A stretch of 64,000 bases of DNA, taken from contig NC_135899.1 of the NCBI RefSeq assembly GCF_964194155.1, forward strand, positions 56,482,001 through 56,546,000, written 5' to 3'. A program made the position numbers and the translations under genes. Under the pieces are notes generated by a model, which was not told the DNA's origin, did no database searches, and saw nothing but the letters and a program-made list of their open reading frames with translations. Position 1 is the stretch's first letter, and every line of letters begins with the position of its first letter. This document shows, in pieces, positions 39,866 through 51,849 of this stretch. The DNA comes from Cetorhinus maximus (taxonomy: Eukaryota).

Positions 39866-42800
39866 CCTACCTTGAAGAAGTATTGCTCTTCTCTCCGACA
39901 GGATTTCCATCTCTCTATTTTGCCTTGTTCACCTTCATTGCTTTCCATTTCTCTCCTGGTGTTTGACAAAGTGTTTGCTAAAACTCGCTTTCACAGCCAA
40001 ATTTCCTTCCTCAGTGACTGTCTCCATCTCCGACTTACCCCACATGGATTTCAACTGAAATTCCATCCCTCATGTTTTGAACCCACCAAGGATTACAGGT
40101 ATCTCCGAGACATACAACGCTCCTCGGACTGCTGTTCTCGTCGCATCCTAAGATCCACACTCAGTGCCATGTGCCGCCATATGAACACACTCGACCTCTC
40201 CCTCCAGCAGCACCGCCGCACCCTATTTCGAAGCTGCGCGTGCCCCCAGTTTCATTTTATTCTTCGTCTGATCCGACGCCTCAACAAGAAACTTTGTCTC
40301 TTTCTTTCAGGTGCAAAGGAGCGCAAGCTCCAACAACTCATCGACATCAATGCCCATCCAGGACCCTCCACCCCTGCCTGTCCCTCTGTCCCCATCCCAT
40401 TTTCTAATCCCAGCCCCGGCCGTGTATTCACCATACCCCCTGACCTTCCCCTCTCCGATGCTGAACATTCAGTGCTCAGCAAAGGACTTCGTTTCATACC
40501 CTTGCGCCCTCATCTCAATGAATTTCAGGCTCGGCACAATGCTGAACTCTTCTTCCGCCGCCTTCGTCTCCGTGCTCGCTTCTTTGGGCAGGAGTCCTCT
40601 CCCCATTCAACGGATCCTTTTACCCGCCTCCAATATTGTCCCTCCACCTGGACCCCTCCCTCTGGATTCTTACCTTCTCTTGATCTTTTCATTGAGAACT
40701 GTCGGCGTGACATCAGTCATCTCAATTTCTCTGCTCCTCTCACCCACTCTAACCTGTCTCTCTCTCTCTGAACTTACTGCATTCCGTTCTCTCAGGTCCA
40801 TTATCATTATTACCAAACATTATCACCAAACCTGCTGACAAGGGTGGTGCTGTTGTTGTCTGGCGCACTGACCTCTACCTCGCAGAGGCTGAGGGTCAAC
40901 TCGCAGACACTTCCTGCTACCTCCCCCTGGACCATGACCCCACCACTGAACACCAAGCCATTGTTTCCAGGGCTGTTACTGACCTCATCTCCTCTGGAGA
41001 TCTTCATTCCACAGCTTCCAACCTCATAGTCTCCCAACCTCAGACGGCCCGCTTCTACCTCCTACCCAAAATCCAAAACAGGACTGTCCTGGCAGACTGA
41101 TCATGTCAGCCTGTTCCTGCCCCACGGAACTCATTTCTTGCTATCTTGACTCCATTCTCTCTCCCTTTGTCCAGTCCCTTCCCACCTACATCCGTGATTC
41201 CTCTGACACCGTACATCATATCAACAATTTCCAGTTCCCTGGCCCCAACCGCTTCCTCTTCACCATGGACATCCAATCCCTCTACACCTCCATCCCCCAC
41301 CGGGATGGTATGATGGCTCTCCGCTTCTTCCTTGAACAGAGGCTCGAACAATCCCCATCCACCACTACTCTCCTCCGTCTGGCTGAATTTGTTCTCTCAC
41401 TAAACAATTTCTCCTTAAACTCCTCTCACTTCCTCCAAATAAAAGGTGTGGCTATGGGTACCCGCATGGGTCCCAGTTATGCCTGTCTCTTTATGGGGTA
41501 TGTGGAACATTCCTTGTTCCAGTCCTACTCAGGCCCCTTCCCACAACTCTCTCCTGTACATCGATGATTTCTTCGGTGCTGCTTCATGCTCTCGTCTGGA
41601 TCTGGAAAAATTTATTAATTTTGCTTCTAATTTCCACCCCTCCATCATTTTCACATGGTCCATCTCTGACACTTCCCTTCCCTTCCTTGACCTCTCCGTC
41701 TCAATTTCTGGTGATAGACTGTCCACCAATATTCATTACAAGCCTACCGACTCCCATGGCTACCTCGATTACAGTTCCTCACACCCCGCTTCCTGTAAGG
41801 ACTCCATCCCATTCTCTCAGTTCCTTTGCCTCCGTCGCATTTGTTCCTTTGACATGTCTTCCTCCTTCCTTAACTGAGGTTTTCCACCCACGGTGGTTGA
41901 CAAGACCCTCAACTGTGTCCGGCCCATCTCCCGCACATCTGCCCTCACAACTTCCTCTCCCTCCCAGAACCATGATAGGGTCCCCCTTGTCCTCACTTAT
42001 CATCCCACCAGCCTCCGCTTCAAAGGATCATCCTTCGCCATTTCCGCCAACTCCAGCATGATGCCACCACCAAACACATCTTCCCTTCACCCCCCCCGGT
42101 GGAATTCCGCAGGGATCGTTCCGTCCGGGACACCCTGGTCCACTCCTCCATCACCCCCTACACCTCAAACCCCTCCCACGGCACCTTCCTATGCAACCGC
42201 AGAAGGTGCAACACCTGCCCCTTTACTTCCCCTCTCCTCACTGTCCAAGGGCCAAAACACTCCTTTCAAGTGAAGCAGCATTTCACTTGCACTTCCCTCA
42301 ATTGAGTCTATTGCATTTGCTGCTCCCAATGCGGTTTCCTCTACATTGGAGAGACCAAACGCAGACTGGGTGACCGCTTTGCGGAACACCTTCAGTCTGT
42401 CCGCAAGCATTACCCAGACCTCCCTGTCGCTTGCCATTTCAACACGCCACCCTGCTCTCATGCCCACATGTCCGTCCTTGGCCTGCTGCATTGTTCCAGT
42501 GAAGCTCAACGCAAACTGGAGGAACAGCACCTCATCTTCCGACTAGGCACTTTACAGCCTTCTGGACTGAATATTGAATTCAACAATTTTAGATCATGAA
42601 CTCTCTCCTCCATCCCCACCCCCTTTCCGACCCCCTTTTTTCCAATAATTTATATAGATTTTTCTTTTCCCACCTATTTCCATTATTTTTAAGTGTATTT
42701 CCATCTATTGTTTTATCTCTACTTTTTAGCCTATTTCGATCCCTTCCACCCACCCCACCCCCACTAGGGCTATCTGTACCTTGCTCGTCCTGCTTCCTAC

Positions 42801-43118
42801 CCTTAATGTCACCTATTATCACATTCCTTAGATAATATCACCACCTTCAATACCTCTTTGTCCTTTTGTCTATGACATCTTTTGGTTATCTCCACCTATC
42901 ACTGGCCCTCTATCCAGCTCTACCTGTCCCACCCCCCCCCCCTTAAACCAGCTTATATTTCATTTCTTTTCTATTTTTCCTTCGTTCTGTTGAAGAGTCA
43001 TACGGACTCGAAACGTTAACTGTGTTCCTCTCCACAGATGCTGTCAAACCTGCTGAGTTTTTCCAGGTATTTTTGTTTTTGTTTTGGATTTCCAGCATCC
43101 GCAGTTTTTTGCTTTTAT
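39866..43118 (+). mobile_element. Near full-length Penelope-like retroelement (RT + GIY-YIG), frameshifted
   Basis: ORF pieces from 39872: RT motifs TMDIQSLYTSIP, GVAMGTRMGPSYACLFMG, YIDD; GIY-YIG region VYCI.CSQCGFLYIGETKRRLGDRFAEHL; 3' pseudo-LTR; 11-bp TSD CTGGGTTAGGT at 39855-39865 and 43119-43129. Confidence 0.92.
42983..43021 (+). ncRNA. Hammerhead-like motif in PLE family 1 pLTR (variant core); further copies at 33810-33848(+), 34221-34259(+), 32735-32773(-), 49421-49459(+)
   Basis: GTT-CTGTTGA-A-GAGTC(ATACG)GACTC-GAAACGTT-AAC: stems I and II present, palindromic AACGTT, core deviates at position 6. Confidence 0.55.
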
Positions 43119-45388
43119 CTGGGTTAGGTGTTGTCATTTCCAGAGCCTAGCATCTGATTTATTTCCGTTTTGTAGGCTTTCTGGCAGTTTTGATACAAAT
43201 GAGTGACTTGCTAGGCCATTTCATAGGGGCAGTTAAAAGTCAACCACATTACTATGGGTCTGGAATCACATGTAAGCCAGAACAGGTAAGGTAAGGGCAG
43301 TAAACTTCCTAAAGCACACCAGGGAGTTTGATGTGTTTTTACAACAAACAACAATGGTTTCATGGTCACTATTTCCAAAACTAGCTTTGTAATTCCAATT
43401 TTATTCACTCCACGTGCTATCAACTGCCATGGTGGGATTTGAACCCATGCCCTTAAAGCATTAGCCTGAGCCTCTGGATTACAAGTCCGGTGATATTACC
43501 ACCATGCCATCAGATGACCACCTTAGTCCAGCCCAGGAACAGGCCCACCAGGAGTTCCTTCGATCTGTATACTCCCCTCCGCACCAGGTGGCCAAAGATC
43601 AGGAATTTGGGATTGAAGTGCAGCCAGTATTTGAGGAGCAGCCCCCTCAGATAACACAAGAGGAGCTGTATCAATCATGTTCTAAATTTTGGTGTTTAGT
43701 TCTTGCTACTGATAATCAAAAAGACTTTTAAGCCCTAATAACTAATACTTCTCTACATTATAAGACACTTTGAAAATAGACAAATAGTTTTACTGTAAAA
43801 ACACAGACCCTTGGTATCAGTCTTATATAAGAACTTCTATCTATTGTGGCATTTTCAAGTTCTCAGAGTCCCAAAGCACTTACAGCCATTTGATTATTTT
43901 GGAAATGTAGTCACTGTTGGTTCTGTAGGCAAACACAGCAGAGAATTTGCACACAATAAGTTAAATTTGCAAACGATTAACTGAATTACATAATATTTTT
44001 CATGTTGTTGATTAAGGATTCTAACAGCCAGAACACCACAAGAACTCCCTGCACAATTTTGTACAGTGCCATGGGATCTTTTATATTAAGCCTGAATAGG
44101 CAAATTTGGTTTACTATTTAATCCAAAAGATGTCACCTCCAACCAACCAGCACTCCCACAGCACTGCAGTGAAGTTTTATAATTTTTGTGACAGCCCACT
44201 CAATAACTAGATTACCTGATACAAAGGCAGGTAATGGGCTGCCTTAAATAGACCATGCATAATTTGCCTTTTGTTAACTCTATCCAATTTATTTAGCCAG
44301 GCATTCACTTCAGCAAAAAGTACTTGCCAAATATTTAAATTTCTGTTTGACAACTGCCTATAGAACCTTTAACATAGAAAAATGTTCCAAAGTAGTTCAT
44401 AGAGGCATAATTGAAGAAAAAAAAATTGATGCCAAACCAAAGAAGTCACCAAAACATTGGTCAAAGTGGTGAGTTTTAAGGAGAGTTTAAAGGAGCAGAG
44501 AGAAATGCAGGAGCTTAGGGAGGGAATTCCATCATGTAGGGGCTCAGCAGCTGAAGACCGAGCTGACAATGATGGGCCGTAGGAAGGGGTGGATAGGCGG
44601 AGGGTCAGGGTTGGAGGAAGGGAGAGTTATAGGGCGTTGTGTAGGGCTGGAAAAAGTTATAAAGGTTAGGTAGGCAAAACAATGAAAAGATTTAAGCAGA
44701 TAAATAAGAATTTTTAAGTTGGCTGAAAGCTAATGCATCACACCTTGCCCAGATATCCCCTGATTGGAATTCTGAAAATAAATTGCTGCTTTACTGAATT
44801 TGTGCTGACAGAAAGCTCAATACAATGTCGATTTCTTTCAACATTGATTTGAGTTAAACACGGAGGTAAATTTAAATTAGGAATACCAAAAGCATAATAT
44901 CTAGCCCTGTTGCCACAATACCCATCACTACTGGCACAGTCACCTGACAGTGATTGAAGAGCAATTCCTTTGGAGACTTAAGCTACCAGCTGTCATAGTG
45001 GGTTTGAACCCACGTCCCCAAAGCATTAGCCTGGTGCCTCTAGATTACTAGTCCAGTGATATTACCATTCTACCACTATCTGCCCTCATATACAGAACAT
45101 CTAGTGTTTGTTTAAAGTAAGTTAGGCAGATTAAAAAGAAAATCATTACATAAATAAAAAAAACTATTAAGGAAATAGGTTGCGATCAATTACTACAATT
45201 ACACATAATTTCTCCATGACTAAAATAGTGGTAGCACAAGTTTAACAATTTGGGACACAGCCCCCACCACCCCAGACAGGTCAGCATCTTTTTCCACAGC
45301 TACCTCAACTACAGATCCTCACATCCCACTTTCTGTAAGGACTCCATCCCATTCTCTCAGTTCCTTTGCCTCTGTCGCATTTGTTCCT

Positions 45389-48309
45389 TTTTTTAAAATC
45401 ATCCATGGGATGTGGGCTTCGCTGGCTGGGCCAGCATTTATTACCCATCCTAATTGCCCTTGAGAAGGTGGTGGTGAGCTCCCTTCTTGAACCACTGCAG
45501 TCCATGTGGTGTAGGTACACCCACAATTAGGAAAGGAATTCCAGGATTTTGACCCAGCGACAGTGAAGGAACGGCAATATATTTCCAAGTTAGGATGGTG
45601 AGTGACTTGGAGGTGAACTTCTAGGTGGTGGTGTTCTCATCAATCTGCTGCCCTTGTCCTTCTAGATGGTAGTGGTCGTGGGTTTGGAAAGTGTTGTCGA
45701 AGGAGCCTTGTTGAATTCCTGCAGTGCATCTTGTAGACGGTACACACTGCTGATACTGTGCATCGCTGGTGGAGGGAGTGAATGTGGATGTGGTCCCAAT
45801 CAAGCGGGCTGCTTTGTCCTGGACGGTGTCAAACTTCTTGAGTGTCGTGGGAGTTGCACTTATTCAGGCAAGTGGGGCGTATTCCATCACACTCCTGACT
45901 TGTGCCTTGTAGGTGGTGGACAGGCTTTGGGGAGTCAGGAAGTGGGTTACTCATCGCACGATTCCTAGCCTCTGACCTGCTCTTGTAACCACAGTATTTA
46001 TATGGCTAGTCCAGTTCAGTTTCTAGTCAATGGTAACCCCAGGATGTTGATAGTGGGGGATTCAATGATGGTAATGCCATTGAACATCAAGGGACGATGG
46101 TTGGATTCTCTCTTGTTCGAGATGGTCATTGCCTGACACTTGTGTGGCACGAATGTTACTTGCCACTTGTCAGCCTAAGCCTGGATATTGTCCAGATCTT
46201 GCTGCATTTGGACATGGACTGCTTCAGTATCTGAGGAGTCGCAAATGGTGCTGAACATCGTGCAATCATCAGCGCACATACACACTTCTGACCTTATGAT
46301 AGAAGGAAAGTCATTGATGAAGCAGCTGAAGATGGGTTTGGCCCAAGACACTACCCTGAGGAACTCCTGCGGTGATGTCCTGGAGCTGAGATGACTGACC
46401 TTCAACAACAACAAACATCTTCCTTTGTGCTAGGTATGACTCCAGCCAGCGGAGAATTTTCCCCCTGATTCCCATTGACTCCAGTTTTGCCAGGGCTGCT
46501 TGATACCATACTCTGTCAAATGCAGCCTTCGTGTCAAAAGCAGTCACTCTTACCTCACCTCGGGAGCTCAGCTCTTTTGTCCATGTTTGAACCAAGGCTG
46601 TAATGAGACCAGGAGCTGAATGTCCTGGCAGAACCCAAACTGCGTGTCAGTGAGCTGGTTATTGCTAAGCAAGTGCCACTTGATAGCACTGTTGATGACC
46701 CCTTCCATCACTTTACTGATGATGGAGAGTAGACTGATGGGACGGTAATTGGCCGGGTTGGATTTATTCTTCTTTTTGTGTACAGGACATACCTGGGCAA
46801 TTTTCCACATAGCCAGGTAGATGCCAGTGTTGTAGCTGTACTGGAAGAGCTTGGCTAGGGGCGCAGCATTTTCTGGAGCACAAATACTATTGCCGGAATA
46901 TTGTCAGGGCCCATAGCCTTTGCAGTATTCAGTGCCTAAAATCGTTTCTTGATATCACGTGGAGTGAATCGAATTGGCTAAAAACTGGCATCTGTGATGC
47001 TAGTGACCTCTGGAAGAGGCCAAGATGGATCATCCACTCGACACTTCTGGCTGAAGATTGTCGTAAATGCTTCAGCCTTATCTTTTGCACTGATGTGCTG
47101 GGCTCCCTCCATCATTGAGGATGGGGATATTTGTGGAGCCTCCTCCTCCAGTGAGTTGTTTAATTTTCTACCACCATTCACAACTGGATGTGGTAGGACT
47201 GCAGAGTTTAGATATGATCCCTTGGTGTTGGGATCGCTTAGCTCTGTCTATCACTTGCTGCTTATGCTGTTTGGCATGCAAGCAGTCTTCTGCTATAGCT
47301 TCACCAGGTTGACACCATGTTTTTAGGTATACCTGGTGCTGCTCCTGGCATGCCCTCCTGCACACTTCATTGAACCAGGATTGATCCCCTGGCTTGGTGG
47401 TAATGGTAGACTGGGGGTTATGCTGGGTCATGAGGTTACAGATTGTGTTCGAGTACAATTCTGCTGCTGCTCTTGGCCCACAGCACCTCATGGATGCCCA
47501 GTCTTGAGTTGCTAGATCTGTTCGAAACCTATCCCATTTAGCACAGCGGTAGTGCCACATAACATGATGGAGGGTATCTTCACTGTGAAGGCGGGACTTC
47601 GTCTCCACAATGACTGTGTGGTGGTCACTCCTACCGATACTATCATGCATCTATGGTAGGCAGGTTGGTGATGATGAGGACAAGTATGCTTTTCCCTCAC
47701 CACCTGCCGCAAACCCAGACTAGCAGCTATGTAATTTAGGACTCAGACGGCTTGGTCAGTAATAGTGCTACCAAGCAACTCTTGGTGATGGACATTGAAG
47801 TCCCCTAACCAGAATACATTCTGCCCCCTAGCCACTCTCAGTGCTTCCTCCAAGTGGTGTTCAACATGGAGGAGCACTGATTCATCAGCTGACGGAGGGC
47901 AGTACGTGGTAATCAGCGGAAGGCTTCCTTGCCCATTTTTGACCTTACTTGATGGGGTCTGGATTTGATCTTGAGGACTTCCCGGGCAACTCCCTCCCGC
48001 CTGTATAATACTGTGCCACCACCTCTGCTCAGCCTGTCCTGCCAGGGTGGTAACGGTGGTGCCTGGGACATTATCTGCAAGATATGATTCCATGAAGATG
48101 ACTATGTCAGGCTGTTGCTTGACTTGTCTTTGAGACAGCTCTCCCAATTTCGGCACTAGCCCCCAGATGCTTGTAAGGATGACTTTGCAGGATCAATAGG
48201 GCTGTGATTGCCACTGTCATTTCTAGTGCCTAGGTCAATGCCGGGTGGTCCACCCAGTTTCGTTCCTTTTTTGTGACTTTGTAACAGTTTGTTACAACTG
48301 AGTGGCTTG
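45389..48309 (-). mobile_element. Second copy of the same APE-RT LINE, head missing, with 3' tail
   Basis: WLGDFNVHH and SDH (APE); [28 protein letters not shown] (RT); A-rich tail at about 45389. Confidence 0.92.
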
Positions 48310-49560
48310 CACCCACTGTGGTTAACAGGGCCCTCAACCGTGTCTGACCCATCTCCCGCACTTGTCCTCACACCTTCCCCTCTCTCCCAGAACCATGATA
48401 GGGTATCCCTTGTCACTTTTGACCCCACCAGTCTCTGCATTCAAAGGATCATCCTCCACCACTTCTGCCATCTCCACCAGCTCCAGCATGATGCCACCAC
48501 CAAACACATCTTCCCCTCATCGCCCCTGTCAGCATTCTGTCGGGACCATTCCCTCCAGGATACCCTAATCCACTCATCCATCACCCCCAACACCTCATCC
48601 CCTTCCCACGACACCTTCCCATGCAATACCTGCCCCTTTACCTCCTCCCTCCTCACTGTCCAAGGGCCCAAACACTCCTTTCAGGTGAAGCAGCGCTTTA
48701 CTTGCACCTCCTTCAATTTGGTCTACTGTATTCGCTGCTCTCATTGTGGTCTGCTCTACATCGGGGAGACCAAACGCAGACTGGGTGACCACTTTGTGGA
48801 ACACCTTCGGTCTGTCCACAAGCATGACCCAGACCTTCCTGTTGCTTGCCATTTCAACACATCATTCTGCTCTCATGCCCACATGTACATCCTTGGCCTG
48901 CTGCAATGTTCCAGTTAAGCCCAACACAAACCGGAGGAACAGCGTCTCACCTTCCGATTAGGCACTTTACAGCCTTCTGGACTTAACATTGAGTTCAACA
49001 ACTTTAGACCATGAACTCTCTCCTTTATCTTCACCCATTTTTCAAAATTCATTTTTATTTTTTATCCACTTATTTTTATTTATTTTCACTTCTATTCATT
49101 TATTGTTTTATCCCCTTTTCTATCCTTTTTCCCCACCACCCCCCCTCCCCATGCCCAAAAGGGCCACCTGTTATTTGTTCCATGTTGTTCTTTCAGTGTT
49201 TATCCTTGCTCTATTATCACATTCTGCTTTCTTACCTTTATGCCACCATCAGCACCTTTTTTATCCCTCACCACTACCATTAATACTCCCTTTGTCCTTT
49301 TGTTCATTACATCTTTGTCAATCTCTCCTTTGCCCCCACCTATCGCTGGCCTTCTATCCAGCTTCACCTGCTCCACCCCCCTTAAACAGTATAAATTTCA
49401 TCACATTTCTACTTCTCTTTAGCTCTGAAGAAGGGACATACAGACTCAAAATGTTAACTCTGTTTCTCTCTCCACAGATGCTGTTAGACCTGCTGAGTTT
49501 ATCCAGCCTTTTCTGTTTTTGATTCAGATTTCCAACATCTGCAGTATTTTGCTTTTATCT
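48310..49560 (+). mobile_element. 5'-truncated Penelope-like element; its upstream piece lies at about 45300-45388, split by a LINE
   Basis: ORF 48289-48918 contains GIY-YIG FNLVYCIRCSHCGLLYIGETKRRLGDHFVEHL; similar to 41885-43118. Confidence 0.88.
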
Positions 49561-50412
49561 TTTTATTATTCTCTTCCCTACTCTTGCAAGTACAGGTTCC
49601 ACCAATATATAATGAAGTGGAAGCCACTGTACCAAATCTATTTATAATATTAAAAATGTTATGTTCGTGTGTCAGTAACATTTGATTGCAAAGAAAAGGT
49701 TTGCATTTATGTAGTGCCTTTCATGACTTCTGGACATCCCAAAGCTCTTTACAGCGAATGAAGCACTTTTGAAGTGTTGTCATGTTGAGAACATAGCAGC
49801 CAAATTGTGCACAGTAAGGACCCACAAACAGCAATTTAACAATGACCGGGTAACCTGTTTTTAGATGTTAGCTAAGGGATAAATATTGGCCATCATGGAT
49901 TACCTCTGAAATGCAGACACTGATGTTATGTTAAATTTGCCTAATGCAAGTTCTCACAAAGAGCAGAAATTAATCCATTTTTGATGGTGCTGACCGTGGG
50001 AGAAATGCTGACCAGGACATGAGGAGAACACTCCCGTTCTTCTTTGAAAAATACATGGGACCTTTGATACCCACCTGAACAAGCAGACAGAACCTTGGTG
50101 TCAGTTTTGGTCAAAAACAGCACCTCCAATAATGCAGCATTTCCTCAGAAAGGCACGGGAATGTCAATCTGGATTATGTGCTTTAAGTCCTTCTATCAGT
50201 TTAGCTGTTACAGTTACTGTTACAGTATCACTGTCCTGTTACACTGCTGCAAGTCTACATGTATCCCAGATCCAGGTTAGGCCTCTCCCTCTCCCCTGTC
50301 CCGGGTCTATTACACTCCCCCTTCCCCCCGCTCTTCCGGCTCTGTGGCTGTTTCTCTCCGGACGGTTTACGGGGAGACACCTGGAAGTTAACCTGCGCCG
50401 TTTCCAAGTTTT

Positions 50413-50426
50413 GTTTCCATAGAAAC
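50413..50426 (+). promoter_or_regulatory. RFX X-box, candidate DNALI1 promoter element
   Basis: GTTTCCATAGAAAC, near-palindromic X-box, inside a small CpG-rich patch (about 50280-50460); X-boxes are typical of motile-cilia gene promoters. Confidence 0.75.
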
Positions 50427-50454
50427 AACGCGCGCGCTGGAGCCCAGCAACCGG

Positions 50455-51640
50455 GATAAACTGGGAAAGAAGGAGAGAGAGAGAGACCGGGATAAACTGG
50501 GATAGAGAGAGAGAGAGAGTCCAGGATACAAAGAGAGAGAGAGAGAGACTGGGATAAATTGGGATAGAGAGAGAGAGAGACCAGGAAAGAGAGAAATAGA
50601 GAGAGAGAGACTGGCATCGAGAGAGAGAGAGAGAGACTGGAATAGAGAGAGAGACTGGGATAGAGAGAGAGAGAGAGACTGGGATAGAGAGAGACTGGGA
50701 TAGAGAGAGAGAGAGACTGGGATAGAGAGAGACTGGGATAGAGAGAGAGAGAGACTGGGATAGAGAGAGAGAGTGGGTTAGAGAGAGAGAGAGAGACTGG
50801 GATAGAGAGAGAAAGAGAGAGACTGGGATAGAGAGAGAAAGAGAGAGACTGGGATAGAGAGAGAGAGAGAGACTGGGATAGAGAGAGAGAGAGACTGGGA
50901 TAGAGAGAGAGACTGGGATAGATAGAGAGAGAGACTGGGATAGAGAGAGAGAGAGACTGGGATAGAGAGAGAGAGACTGGGATAGAGAGAGAGAGACTGG
51001 GATAGATAGAGAGAGAGACTGGGATAGATAGAGAGAGAGACTGGGACAGAGAGAGAGAGACTGGGATAGAGAGAGAGAAAGACTGGGATAGAGAGAGAGA
51101 GAGCCTGGGATAGAGAGAGAGAGAGAGAGACTGGGATAGAGAGAGAGACTGGGATAGAGAGAGAGAGAGAGACTGGGATAGAGAGAGAGAGACTGGGATA
51201 GATAGAGACTGGGACAGAGAGAGAGAGAGAGACTGGGACAGAGAGAGAGAGAGACTGGGACAGAGAGAGAGAGACTGGGATAGAGAGAGGGAGAGAAAGA
51301 CTGGGATAGAGAGAGAGACTGGGATAGAGAGAGACTGGGATAGAGAGAGAGAGAGACTGGGATAGAGAGAGAGAGTGGGTTAGAGAGAGAGAGAGAGACT
51401 GGGATAGAGAGAGAGAGACTGGGATAGATAGAGACTGGGACAGAGAGAGAGAGAGAGACTGGGACAGAGAGAGAGAGAGACTGGGACAGAGAGAGAGAGA
51501 CTGGGATAGAGAGAGGGAGAGAAAGACTGGGATAGAGAGAGAGACTGGGATAGAGAGAGAGAGGGAGAGAGAGACTGGGATAGAGAGAGTGTGGGATAAA
51601 CTGGAATAGAGAGAGGGAAAGGGCGAGAGAGAGACCAGGC
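50455..51640. repeat. Purine-rich minisatellite, unit CTGGGA(T/C)A(GA)n
   Basis: Dozens of units with variable GA number; internal higher-order duplication (GAGTGGGTTA variant near 50771 and 51373). Confidence 0.97.
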
Positions 51641-51678
51641 TAAACCAGGAGACGCAGGGTGGATCTGAGCCACAGAAT

Positions 51679-51759
51679 ATGATCCCTCCAATAGACTCAC
51701 TGTTGAAATATGACCATCCACTGCTTGTCAGCAGGAATATGGAGAAAAAGTCTGCCAAG
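51679..51759 (+). CDS. DNALI1: DNALI1 (axonemal dynein light intermediate chain p28) coding exon 1
   Basis: MIPPIDSLLKYDHPLLVSRNMEKKSAK, 81 nt, GTGAGG donor. Confidence 0.95.
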
Positions 51760-51849
51760 GTGAGGGCTCTGTACAATTTTAACCTGTAAACCATCCCATG
51801 GCTTGGGTACAGCTTCTCTTTGCTCCCTGCCGATTGCCCATGTGAACAT

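Larger units (their letters stand above)
37126..43511 (-). mobile_element. Decayed single-ORF APE-RT LINE (CR1/L2 group) with tRNA-derived 5' head, interrupted by a PLE and a CR1 tail
   Basis: APE start PKLGELSHRLVKQQPDIIILLESYL (about 39811), GPDNIPAIVLKTCAPELAAPL, RT region; head at about 43420-43511 with A box TGGCATGGTGG and B box GGTTCAAATCC on minus. Confidence 0.85.
36720..43690 (-). mobile_element. Tx1/L1-group 3' fragment split by nested insertions (pieces about 36720-37125 and 43512-43690)
   Basis: LHFNPKFLIFGHLVRRG..ELLVGLFLGWTKVVI joins RSRQQVVEG across the gap, collinear with the + copy at 36330-36460. Confidence 0.7.

Noticed and set aside
43420-43511. tRNA-Thr gene (also 44985-45080 and 3665-3730)
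   Set aside because: No intact cloverleaf and contiguous with retroposon bodies; these are SINE or LINE heads.
50778-51794. 338-aa minus-strand ORF
   Set aside because: Low-complexity S/L translation of the (TC)n minisatellite, antisense to DNALI1 exon 1.
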